A DNA stretch of 64,000 bases from Balanoglossus misakiensis (Eukaryota > Animalia > Hemichordata). Positions within the stretch are counted from its first letter, which is position 1, and every line of letters starts with the position of its first letter. The stretch covers positions 9,134,461 to 9,198,460 of the forward strand of contig CM082596.2 of NCBI GenBank assembly GCA_040954595.2. Direction: 5' to 3'. Positions 12,333 to 23,800 of this stretch are shown here, piece after piece. Made by a program: the position numbers and the translations under genes. The notes below the pieces were generated by a model that did not search any database, had not been told where the DNA came from, and saw only the letters and a program-made list of their open reading frames with translations.

Positions 12333-13444
12333 CACAGCTAGGTCACACTGTTGCAGAATGCACGGCAAATGTGAAGTGTTCCATTTGTGGGGGGGGGGGG
12401 GGGGGGTTGGGCACGTCTATCGTAATTGTTCTTTATCGTTTGCTAATAGAGTTGCCTTGTCAAATTCCTGGTTGTCAATGGAGGCGGCTGCTTCTCCAGT
12501 TATTGGTGAGTCGAAGGAAATTGTCGACGTTATTGTTGAAAATATTGTTTCAAAGGTGTGTGAGTTGGCTTCAGATCCTGTGACGCAGCCGTCTCCAGAT
12601 TGTGAGGCGGATGACGTGTCTGATTCTGGTTCACAAGCTTTGTATTCAGATGGTATGGAAGTTGAAGACAGTTCTCCTATGGATGTGACTCCTGGCCAGC
12701 GACAGGATTCGGAATATTTTAGTCCAAGGTCCTCTTTTTCTTCTTCGGATATGCTTTGTTCGTATTCTGCTAAGCCTTCTGCGCCGACTGATGATAATGA
12801 TGAGGATATTAAGAGAGTGGCTGTCGCTGATGATAGCAAGTCAGATTCAGATTGTTCTGTTTCTTCGCATGTGTCAAAATTAACCATACTGGGTAATATT
12901 GTAGCATGTTGTTTGGAGTACAACAAGAAATTTGCGTTTTGTACACACGACAAAAATACTGAAAATGAAGCCAAAAGATCTATATAGCTATTGTCCCTTT
13001 AAATTAGAGAGCTTTTTATCCAAAAGCAAAACACTTTAGTCTACATGTCTGGTCTTTGGCTGTGTTTTGTATGTCCTGACTCATACAGTACACCCGTGAG
13101 GCAGTGAATCAATCAAATGCAGATATTGATCTGTAAGGCTGTGACCTTTGTATGTTTACTAATGCAGAGGTCACAGACATAAAGTCAACATTCAACTACA
13201 AATCCCTGTGGGGCTTATATTTTTCTTGTTTAATTGTTCAAGACTGGTATTTAGAACATATAATTTCACACATAGTTTTAAAATTAAATAGAACAGTATA
13301 TTTCCCACTTGCTTATAGTAATTTATAGTATACTTATTGTAGAGCGAAGTGTCAAACTACGAGTCGACGCATGCGTTATCACATATATACGCCTCCAAGG
13401 ACTTGCACCAGCCAATCACGGTATCTGAATATTGCCAACAACAA

Positions 13445-14474
13445 GGGGAATCCCCTTAGGCCAGAGAGAATAAAAATCTTGTTCATCGGATTTTTTGGAC
13501 CTAGTTCCAGGAGCGACGAGCGAAATTTTTTTTCTTTAGGCCGAAGGTAAATGCGGTTCTCTGGCATATTTGCACGGATGCAGACAAGGCGATATGATTG
13601 TTTCCCTTTTTACCAGAAATATCTCAGACAAAAACACTGATACATGTACTTGTAACTGAATTCAATACTATATTTCCCAACAATAACATAGGCCATTACA
13701 TTTACAGTTGGTGTTTGCACAACATATTCTGGCCACCAGCAGCAGTACTAAGAATTTTGTAACGCGGAATTAGAATTTGCCGAGATCGAAAAAAAAAAAA
13801 AAATCCAAATCAGCCAAAGTAGAAGGGGCGCTTCCGATGAACAATGTATTTTTTCTTCCTGGCCTTACCTTTAAAATATTGCATTGTAGGCCTGAAAAAC
13901 ACCAGAGGTCTGCACCCAAATGACGTATCAACATTTAGCCTTGTCCAGCTCCATGATTTAGTCAAGTATTCAGTAAATTCAGGCACACTTCGATATACAT
14001 GTGTGTGAAGTGGATGTCCTGAATAAAAACCTATGTGGACAAAGCCTTTGCTAATTTGGTGTCCTCCACTGTGAAACAGACAAAGCACCGTATCTGCTAC
14101 GAAACGAAAGCGGGATCGTCGTTTCCTCTTCAGCTGGCTAATGTAGCCTACACGTAGGTGGGTAAATGTTGGGAATGTTGGAATGTCGCCTAAAGCACAG
14201 CGGTTTTCAAATGATAAAATTGCCGAGATGTTTTTCTGTAGTAGCTTCGTCTCTTGCACACTTTAAACAAAGTCGTTCATTTTTTTAGCTTATTTCATGC
14301 TCATTAATAGCTCATTTTAATGTGTTCATCTCACTGAAATGTGGTCATTCAGTCATTGGCAAGAGGTTAATTAAACCGCGCATGAAACAAAACGAAAGTG
14401 AAAGCTGCTGCTTACTCACTGTCATGAATAAAATAATTTGTGGCATGATGTCTAAATAATGAAAGTGGAAACTG
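13445..14474 (+). promoter_or_regulatory. Putative immune-responsive upstream region of the PARP14-like gene (NF-kB-like and IRF/ISRE-like motifs)
   Basis: GGGGAATCCCC 13445-13455; GAAACGAAAG 14101-14110; GAAAGTGAAAG 14394-14404; GAAAGTGGAAACTG 14461-14474. Motif matches only. Confidence 0.45.
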
Positions 14475-14861
14475 AGATGTATAATGCCTTTTATATGCTG
14501 TAACCACATATCATTCCCTGCGCACTGTGTTGTAAAACCTTTCTTCAAATTTGTTTTTATATTCACATGGGCAGAGCGTGTGTAGGGAGGAATGTGTCAC
14601 TTGATTAGTATAAAGGAGACGCTGTCGTTCAGCGCACTAAATAAGAAAACAGTCGATACTGTTGAATTGTGACAGTACGGTCACTGCACTCATGGGGTTC
14701 CGCTGCCATATTGTGAAAAATCTTAGTCCCATTCACATTTATCTTTGTGTTTTCAGTGAAAACTGCCTGAGAGCCACAAGAAGAGGAACAGTACTTTGAG
14801 GAGGAATCCGCAAACAATCTGCAAAGGGATCATACACGGACCAACAACGAATCAGAAAAAA

Positions 14862-17800
14862 ATGACCGACTCCACAGCTTCCGTATGCCTTACAGAGGTA
14901 ACTATGCATATTTATTATCTGCCGCAGAGCTCTCCTCAGCCGTACCATGAGCAAACACGCACAACAAAGGTCAAATGGGTGACTTGCATATCTAGGGCCA
15001 TGTCTCATGTGTCTGTTTCCATGACTATCCATCATAACACTGTGCGAGTTCCCATTGTTCTTTATGGACTGATCCATATCTAATCAATACTGGGGTTTTG
15101 ATTTTGTAATTATAAACTAACATGGAGTGTCACCTGAACTGCACATATGAGACTTTTCTGTAAATAATCACGCTATGTCGGCACTGATCTAGCTGTTGAG
15201 GGCAACCCTGCCAACCAATGCATGTTAAACATCAAACTAAATCGATAATCTGCTAAAATAAACACCTCATTGTATATGCCGTGATGTACAGTGTAATGCA
15301 AAGTAACAACCGTACTGGTTTTCAATTATGTACATTGTAGCAGAGTGTAGCAAATTCACATTACGCCAATGTTGACTTCAATGCTAGAAAATACAATGGG
15401 ACCCATCAGCCACAGACTCCATGGGACGACCCCCCCCCCCCCATGATTTACTGATATTTGCAAAATACAAAGTTCGTTTCCAATAACCGTAAAAAATCAA
15501 TATAGGCTTCTGAGAATGTTAGAAAAAATGAAAGGGAACAGAGATTTTAAAAGCGGCAGAGACAAATCTGTAACAAAGAAAATGCCAGTGAATTACCGGT
15601 AGAGTATTGCAAAATTATTATTTGTTAGTCTACTGTGTACCGTATGTTTGCAAAGAAATGATATAGATTTTCTAAATTTCATAGGTGTTCTTAAAAAGCA
15701 GTTGTGTGTGCCATTTAACATTTAAGGATGTACGCTCAGTAAAATTGAAAGAATTGTCATTTTTTTAATTGTGGATTTTTGGATTCTCCTTTGTATGCAT
15801 AATGAAAATCCGTAATAAAATATTGGGGTCACCGTGCTTGTTTTTGAAATACAGAGCTATGAATTTAGTCGATAATAGAACAAAACTACTGACTCAGCAT
15901 TTTTCACCAATGCTTTGTCTATGACCCCTATATTTTATTTGACCAATTTATATTTACTGGACTGAGCTATGGGTAAACATTTTTTGAAAATGACAATAGT
16001 AGAAGTTTGTTTTCTAGCAATATTCAATGTAATTCTATGGGAAAAAGACGGGTGCGTGCAGTTTTCCGGTTTATGTTCTGCGCGTACTTCCTTTAAATGT
16101 ATAGATTTGTATGACTGGAATCAACTTGACACTAATCACCTGGGAGGGCGTTGGCCTTTATTTCATATTTGCTATAGGATGGATCTGAGAGCTGGCAAGT
16201 TGCTGAGCTAGAGGACACCATCAGTCAAGGTTGTAGCATCATTGATGACGAGAGAGACATCGGATGTTCCTCTGAATGTTCAAGTGAAGAATTTTTCAGT
16301 GTAAGTGAAGGGAGCGACTTTGAAGAACCTGGAGGAGAAATGGATTCGAAATTGCAAGACGATGAAACAGATCAAACAGAGATGCCGCCTGAAGTAACAC
16401 CATTCACCAGTGGAAATGATAATGTGATGGATGATGATGATGGTGATGATGATCATGGTGATGATGGTAATGATGATGATGGTGATAATGTGATGGATGA
16501 TGATGGTGATGATGGTGATGATGATGGTGATGGTGGTGATGATGATTACCTGGCTGATGCCTGTCGTAGAGAGCATGACTGTGATATAGAGGAAGATAAT
16601 TATCCCTGTGATGATTCTGATGAAATGGATGGACAAAGCAGTGAGGAAGATGCTCTACAGGATGTGGAGACTGCCAATTTGGACCAGCAGTGGACATTCG
16701 ATGAGGTCGTGGAAGAGAGTAGTGCTCAGTCGCTTCCAGAGGGACGTCCACAATTTGTGGCACTTTCACCACCTTTGGCACAACCACTAGAGTATACTAA
16801 TGCAAGCCAAATGCAGGATGAATACCTTGATACAACAGGGCCAATGCCAACACCATTCGAATCAAGCATGCCGGCGTGGAAGGAAGAGAGCGGTGAACAA
16901 GAAGAGCAAATGGAAGATGTGCGGGAAACGGACCAGCGTCACTCGGAGATAAATCAGGGAGAAGATGACAACATACAAGATTCACAGGTTGAACAACAGG
17001 ACTTAGAAATCTTGGCTCGGGAAGGAGAGAAACTGTTACCACAAGAACATCCTGCATCACAGGGGTTTCCACAACACCACAGACAACCTGAAACGCATAC
17101 ACAGTCAGTACCACCACCGTCGCAGTATGATCAAGTAACAGAACAACCATCACTGCAGTATCAGACGCAGCAACACTGCTCGGCAGACAAGACTGAAACA
17201 TACCAAGAGATGGCAGATTCCGACACTCAGCATCAAATGCTGCATCACCAGGATGAACACCAACCTTGGCAGCCGCAGCAGCTTGAACACCACCAACAAC
17301 AAGAACAGCAGCAATTTAGCCAATACCCACCCCAATCAATACAAGGTGACCAACCGAGTCCATATTATAACCAGTGGTTTCAGTATCAACAGTTCGGTCA
17401 ACCACAATCGACATTCCCGCAACCATACAACATGCCATGGGGGTATGACTCTAACCAAGCAGCGTATCAACAACAACAACAACAACAACAACAGCAACAA
17501 CACACAAGTCCAGGGTATGGTTCATCGTATGCATATCCACAGACGCAAGAAGAATGGCAGAGTAGGCAAGATGTGATAGGAACTGGCGTACAGCAGAACA
17601 CTTCTGCAGGTCAGGTCACCAAACACCAAGACAAGCTTGAGCAAGGAAAACCACGTCCACCTACTCCACCTGATAGTGAAGTCAGACACGACCAAGCAAA
17701 AGTTCAAGATGAAACTTCGGGTAAGATATAAAAGTGAAATTATATCAGAAAAAAAAGCAAAACTGAAATCACACAAATTCTGTTGGCATGAATGTGCATT

Positions 17801-20800
17801 GGCGCAATGCCTCTCATCCTAGACTGGTTGGAACATATGTTTGTTTTATTTTGAACTTTGGTCACTCAGATAAGTGGTGGCAACAACAGATACACACTTC
17901 CAATACTTACAAAATTGCATAGTGTATATCTACCAATCTGCCCTCAGGGATGACATACATTTCCTATGCTTTACACAGCATGGCATAGTGTCTCTTCCAA
18001 TCTTCCCTGAGGGCAGCAATATTTAAGAGTTGCCCTTAGGGCAGACAAAACTTTCCTATGCTTAGAAACTGCATTGCATAGTCTACCAAACTGCCCCGAG
18101 GGCAGCTCAGAGATTTTGCTGCTCTAGGGGCAGACATTAACTTTCAGCAAGTTGTGATTGCAGCACACTGTATGCAATTCTCTGATAGATCCAGGCGAAA
18201 TGCCATCTAGTGCTATAGAAGTAACAGGATTTGCCAACAACACTGACACAGACGTACTGGAGATGTATTTTGAAAATAAAAAGCGATCAGGTGGTGGACC
18301 TATTCAACACATGGACAAGAAAGATGAAAATACAGTTATCATCACTTTTGAAGACAAGAAAGGTAAATTCATTTGCATGGGCACCTGTGGACCATCTGGA
18401 CACCATCTGCAAATCTGTGACTTCTTCATTGATTTTCAATGGTGCTTGTTATCGGCCATTGGTTTCCATGCAATGCAGATTTAGGTCATACTGTGATGTA
18501 CATGTTGTGCTCCAAAGAATTCTAATTTGCAGGGAATGAAGAGCGGTTCATTCAATATAAGTTACTTATTCATTTGCCATTCCACAATGTTATGTTAACC
18601 TGACAGGCAGATCTGTCATTTTCACTATGTTTGCAGCTGCTGAGGGCGTTCTTTCTAGAGCAAAACACGTGATTGACGGTGTCACCCTGACGGTGAAGGA
18701 AGTCCAGGTTCTTCCGAGAGACACACAAAGTTTTGTCTTGAATGGTGTACCACATGGAACAGTGAAAGATGACCTGCAGATGTACCTTGAGAACTGCACT
18801 AAAATGTCATGCGAACCAGAGTTATTCTTTGGGGAAAAAGATAGTGCTGTAATAGTCAAATATCCTCAAGAAATCAAAGGCGAAGGTATAATGCTTCAGA
18901 ACTTTTTCCAAAATTTAGCTTGGAACCTTGAGTCCTCTTAACAGTTAATCAACTGTTACCTATAGTTGTAGAAATTGCACCAACGTGAAGAAAGTGTAAT
19001 AGTGTAACAGTCACTCTGCTTTTGTAAGTCTTCAGTTGTCTGGATATGACATGGCCATATCTTTTGCATGAACAATTAAGGCAGTGTGTTGTAATAGAAA
19101 ATATGTCCCTTTACTTTTAAAACAGATTTTGAAACCATAGTCAAAAGAGTAAGTACAAAGCCGTTCATGGGAGCAAAGTTAACGATCAACCCAATCAACA
19201 GGACAAACTGCATTCTTGTGAGAGATCTTCCAAGTGGAATTTCATCCCACTACATTCAGTTGTACTTTGAGAATCGGAAGAGAAGTGGAGGTGGTGATGT
19301 TGTGGAGGTGAACATGGAAACAGATGGAATGTCGGCATTTGTGTTTTTCCAGGATTACAGAGGTAGGTATTTGACATTGTTGAAAACAGCAGTTTAACAT
19401 TTATAGCCGGGTTTGACATGTACTATCAATTTGATAGTTTACTGTTTACTCTTGTGTCGAGTGGACACAAAGATTTGGTTAGGAGGCTGCAGGAAACCGT
19501 TGGGTATTCTTCAGTGATCTTTGTTGCGAAAAAAAAGGAGTTTCCGGCATATGTACCGGTATTCCTGAATCATGAAAGGGGAGAGCTCAGGTAAGGAATT
19601 TCATTATTCTTTATGCTTACAGTGGTTGATTCTGTGTTGACACGGAAACATCAGATGGACAACGAACAAGTAGATGTCCAGCCCTACCATGAATGCACTG
19701 GCTTCATCATCAGCCGAGAAGAAGCCCTCCCTGCTCTGCCTGGTCCGACATCCGTGCAAGTTGATGCCAAAGTGATCAACTTTGTGCGATCAGACAACTG
19801 TCGCATGCAACAACTAGCAAATGAAGTGGCGGTAGTGCATGGTCGACTGGAGATAACCGATGATGCCATCACTGACCATGTGACTGTTCAACCAACATTT
19901 TCAGCTCAGACTCCCGGTGTCCACAAGTTAGTCAAGACCTGGGCTAAGGATGTGGCTGAAAAAGTATGTGGTCATCTGAAACAGTATAAAGCTGTGTCGA
20001 TCCACGTCAGTGATGGGATTTGGTTGGCTCTCAAAAGCAAACTATGTGAACGCAAGGACCTCAACCCAGACCTTGACGAAGATGCCAAATTGGTCGTCTT
20101 CACATCCACGGTTGAAGAAGCCAACCAGTTTGAAAATGCTCTGCAGATGATGATACGTAACATCGAGGAAGATTTAGAAATGCAGCGGCAGATTAGAAGT
20201 GAGACTGTACCATTGAAGGAAATGCAAGTCAAACAACTCGATGTTGTGAACTTTTCAGAGACAGTTGAAGCCCGATATCCAGATGTGAAGATTGTGGTGA
20301 GTGAAACCGATTCTCACGTCACCTTTGATGGCATTTATGCCCAGTTATTGGAAGCAAAGTGCTTCATGTTCGAGACTCTGCACCAGTTTCATACCACAGA
20401 GATAAAACCAAATTCAGCATCGTTAAGTGACTTCCTAACATCTGAGGATGTCTGTAATGAAATTTACAAAATGATCAGAGAAAAGAACTTAGAAATTGCC
20501 TTTACTGCAGAACGCGGGGTGCTCACATGTTCAGCACTGAACAGAGATGAGGTGAAGAGGGGGATGCAGGCCATTCAAAACAGTGTTACTGAATTCGATA
20601 TAGGCATCCGGCCACAGTCAGAAAATGCACTCCAGCAGGATGGATGGTCAGCCTTGCTTGAAAAACTGCAAAGAAAAAACGTAACCAGAATTGTGGTCAC
20701 CACCAAAGAAGGCGGTCCACGTGTCAGGATAACAGCTTTACAAGAAACAGCACCACGTATCGAGAGTGCACTGAAGCATTTTATTCAGTTACATACCATT

Positions 20801-23800
20801 GTGGAAAAATCTGTCGATACAGAGAGTGGGAAGCTGCGATTTGTTTCCAAGTTTAAGAGCGCTTGTCTCGAGCAGTTGAAGAACGGCAAGCTTCAGCCAG
20901 TGCAGGTGACCGTTAAAATGGCCGGGCGATCAGGAAGTATTACCATCAAAGGCACCGAAGATGACATCAACGAGGCTGCCCTTTGTGTGACCAAGCTTCT
21001 AGATGAAATTCTTTGCCGTCAATTTACAGTAGACAAGCCAGGGATGCCAAAGTTGTTCTGTATGGAGAGGGGCAAAACTTACATTCAAAGCATTCAAAAT
21101 CAGTATGCCTGCTTGATAGAAGTCAACGATCCATCTGAGGACATGCCGACAGAAAAAACTGAAGTTACTTTTTCGACCAATTCTCAGGAAGGTGAGTTTC
21201 TTTCTCAACTGTTTTGTATTACAATCGGTTATTGCGTTAATAGGAATGGTTGTTAATATACTTTCATTTGATCGTGAAATTATGTGTCACTATCCCAATA
21301 ATGTTCATGACTTTACTTTCCTAAACAGACAACTTTCTGCCACTACAGATAACTTTCCACTGGCAAGTCCTTCGCTGTTCTGAAAACGGGTGTTAATACC
21401 TAATGATACACATCGTCCATGACTTAAAACATGGGACAATTGATTTCTGATTTGTATCTGTGTCCTGGCGGTGGCTTACCACGAATGATAATAATTTTTT
21501 GACCTGCTAATTTGATGCCATATTATTCACTTTAAAGGTACATGAGCTGCAACTGCAAGTTTAAAATAATCTCATATATGCTTTTAATTATGTCTATTGA
21601 ATGGTATTTCCTGATAATATATCAAGCTGAACAATTATTTATGACAAAATGGCCAAAAATTAAAGAACAACGAAAATTCCTGCAATTTTTCAAAAAGTGC
21701 AATATTGCAATGAAAAAGGAAAATATAACGTCTCAGCGGTGTACATTTACATCCATGAGCTCAAGTGGATGAGATCATGTTTTGTTTTCTTTATGAAGTT
21801 TCATAACTGTTTTTTGCATTTTCCCACGGTGGCGGCCATATTCGCTTGCGGCAAAGCTTTATTATTTATCTGGTTAAAACTTGCATATGCACTCATATTT
21901 AGGGTTTATTATGCTTGTGTATAGTTCACTGCCTTCATCTGCATGGACTAATGGTAGTACAGTTTGAAACAAAAATTATGATAATTATCCCCAAAGTTGC
22001 AGCTTATGTACCTTTAATGTCTGTATATGTTAATAGGATAGTCAAAACTGAAGATAGGATATTTTATTTGTTGATATGTTTCCTTCCAATAGAATCACGC
22101 GGAGAACCACCAGTACGTGAAGTCAGTGAGGAGGAGGAGGATCAACATGAAATGGAAGCATCGCCCAAGGTTACAACCACATATAGACAGCCATCAAGCA
22201 CACACTTCATTACAGATGAAGGCAAAACAATAAGACTGGTGAAGGGAAACATAGCAAACCAGACTGTAAGTTGAATGTCTATAGATAGCTTTGGCCCGTT
22301 TTTGGTAATATTTGAGTTCTGTTATCTTCTTTGTAGCTATTAAAACTTAAAATCTACATGTACCTTAGTAATACTTTTGAACATCGGCACAGTGGTCAGA
22401 CCAGTGTTTAGTCATGCACCCAAACCTTCAACTACTCATGTGACGCATATTGGATTTACTGAAAACCTAAAAATGGTTTCTTCTCAAAAATACCTGGGCC
22501 AGTCAAATAGAAATTTGGTGTGTGGCAAGTACGCCCCCTGCCCTTGAAAGTTTGCCATTAAATCACGCGGTCATGTGATTTTCGAAAATTCACACTGAAA
22601 TTTGAAAATTCTTCTTCACAACCAGTCATTACTGAGTCATCAACATGTAATATACCAGTAGATATATAAAATCATCAACTGCCTCAAACATGTTTTGTTT
22701 TGATAAACAGGCTGATGTTATAGTGAATACCGTACAGACAACATGTAATTTGAAAGATGCTGTGATATCACAGGCCATTCTGCGAGAGGCCGGACAACAA
22801 CTTCAGGAGGACATCGACACAAAGAAGCATTCAGTCAATGAAGGGGATGTCATTGTTACCGGAAGTGGTAATTTAACTTGTCGTGCCGTCTATCATGCTT
22901 GTATTCTCGGCACGTCTTGGAAGGGAGGGTTCGAGGCTGAACCGGTGAGAATTATTACCTTTGTGTGTGTCCCTTTTTAAGCCAATGTGATGAAAATTAA
23001 ACAGATTGGTACTTTTTCATCATCTACCTTCTGTGGAACACACTGTATTGTTTTTGTCGTATAATATACAATTGCTTAATTTCTTAATGAACCCTATAAT
23101 TTCAATTTCTGTTTAATCTCTAAATGAGTCAATATAATCATAATACACGTTCTGATATTCCTAAAGATTAGGCACAGGTATACTGTACACTATATTGTGA
23201 GTAATAAATTATAAGGGAGGTATTGCAAATCTAGTTCTATGCATGACACTGGCTTGTAAATGGTTTCACACACATTTCTGATTTATTTAATCAGCGCCTA
23301 CGTCATGTTCTTCGAACATGTCTTGACTATGCCCACCGAGGCAGAATGACGTCCATAGCCATACCAGCAATTGGAACTGGGAAACTTGGGTATCCGAAAA
23401 ACACGACAGCTAGAATCTTCTACGAGGAAGTAAAATTCTTCAGTAAGAAGCACCCAACAACTTCTGTGTCAGATATTCAAGTTGTTGTGTACGATAAAGA
23501 CATCCCAACTTGTAAGGTAAAATTAAGTTCTATAAATTCCAAGCAAGCTGGTTTTCTTCTAATGTTAAATTATTTTAAGAATTTATTGTGCATTTCATGA
23601 TGAGGCCTCTATCAAATATTACAGGCATTTGAAGATGAAATGGTCAATTTATATGGCACAGCTGATGAAAGGTTTCAGCATGGTGAGTTATCGAGTATAC
23701 TATTAATATCTCTCTTACTGTCTATAAGATTTTATGTACATATGAAAATTAAACTTCAAAGAACAAATCAGTGTTTGCTGACAAGAATTGATTGACACAT

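Larger units (their letters stand above)
8784..12880 (+). mobile_element. Tx1/L1-clade retrotransposon remnant 2 (5'UTR + gag-like ORF1 with three CCHC knuckles), Keno-like; carries two nested insertions
   Basis: Removing the CR1 (8993-10736) and the DNA element (11273-12332) restores ATG(8982) MDNCKDRTLLLKFD...FNGTRQYRM...YSGQPCTCIKCNNTGHLAKDC..CFRCAQLGHTVAEC..CSICG..GHVYRNC plus a Ser/Asp-rich tail (a G homopolymer shifts the frame at ~12390-12405). It starts immediately after the U2 5' fragment. Confidence 0.8.

Noticed and set aside
16280-16787. Poly-His and poly-Ile ORFs on the minus strand
   Set aside because: They are antisense shadows of the (GAT/GGT)n Asp-rich PARP exon.
17930-18135. 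Repeated CTGCCC..GGGCAG hairpins resembling a CRISPR/REP array
   Set aside because: The repeats are irregular and degenerate, sit in a eukaryotic intron and have no cas genes; probably an old TE remnant.
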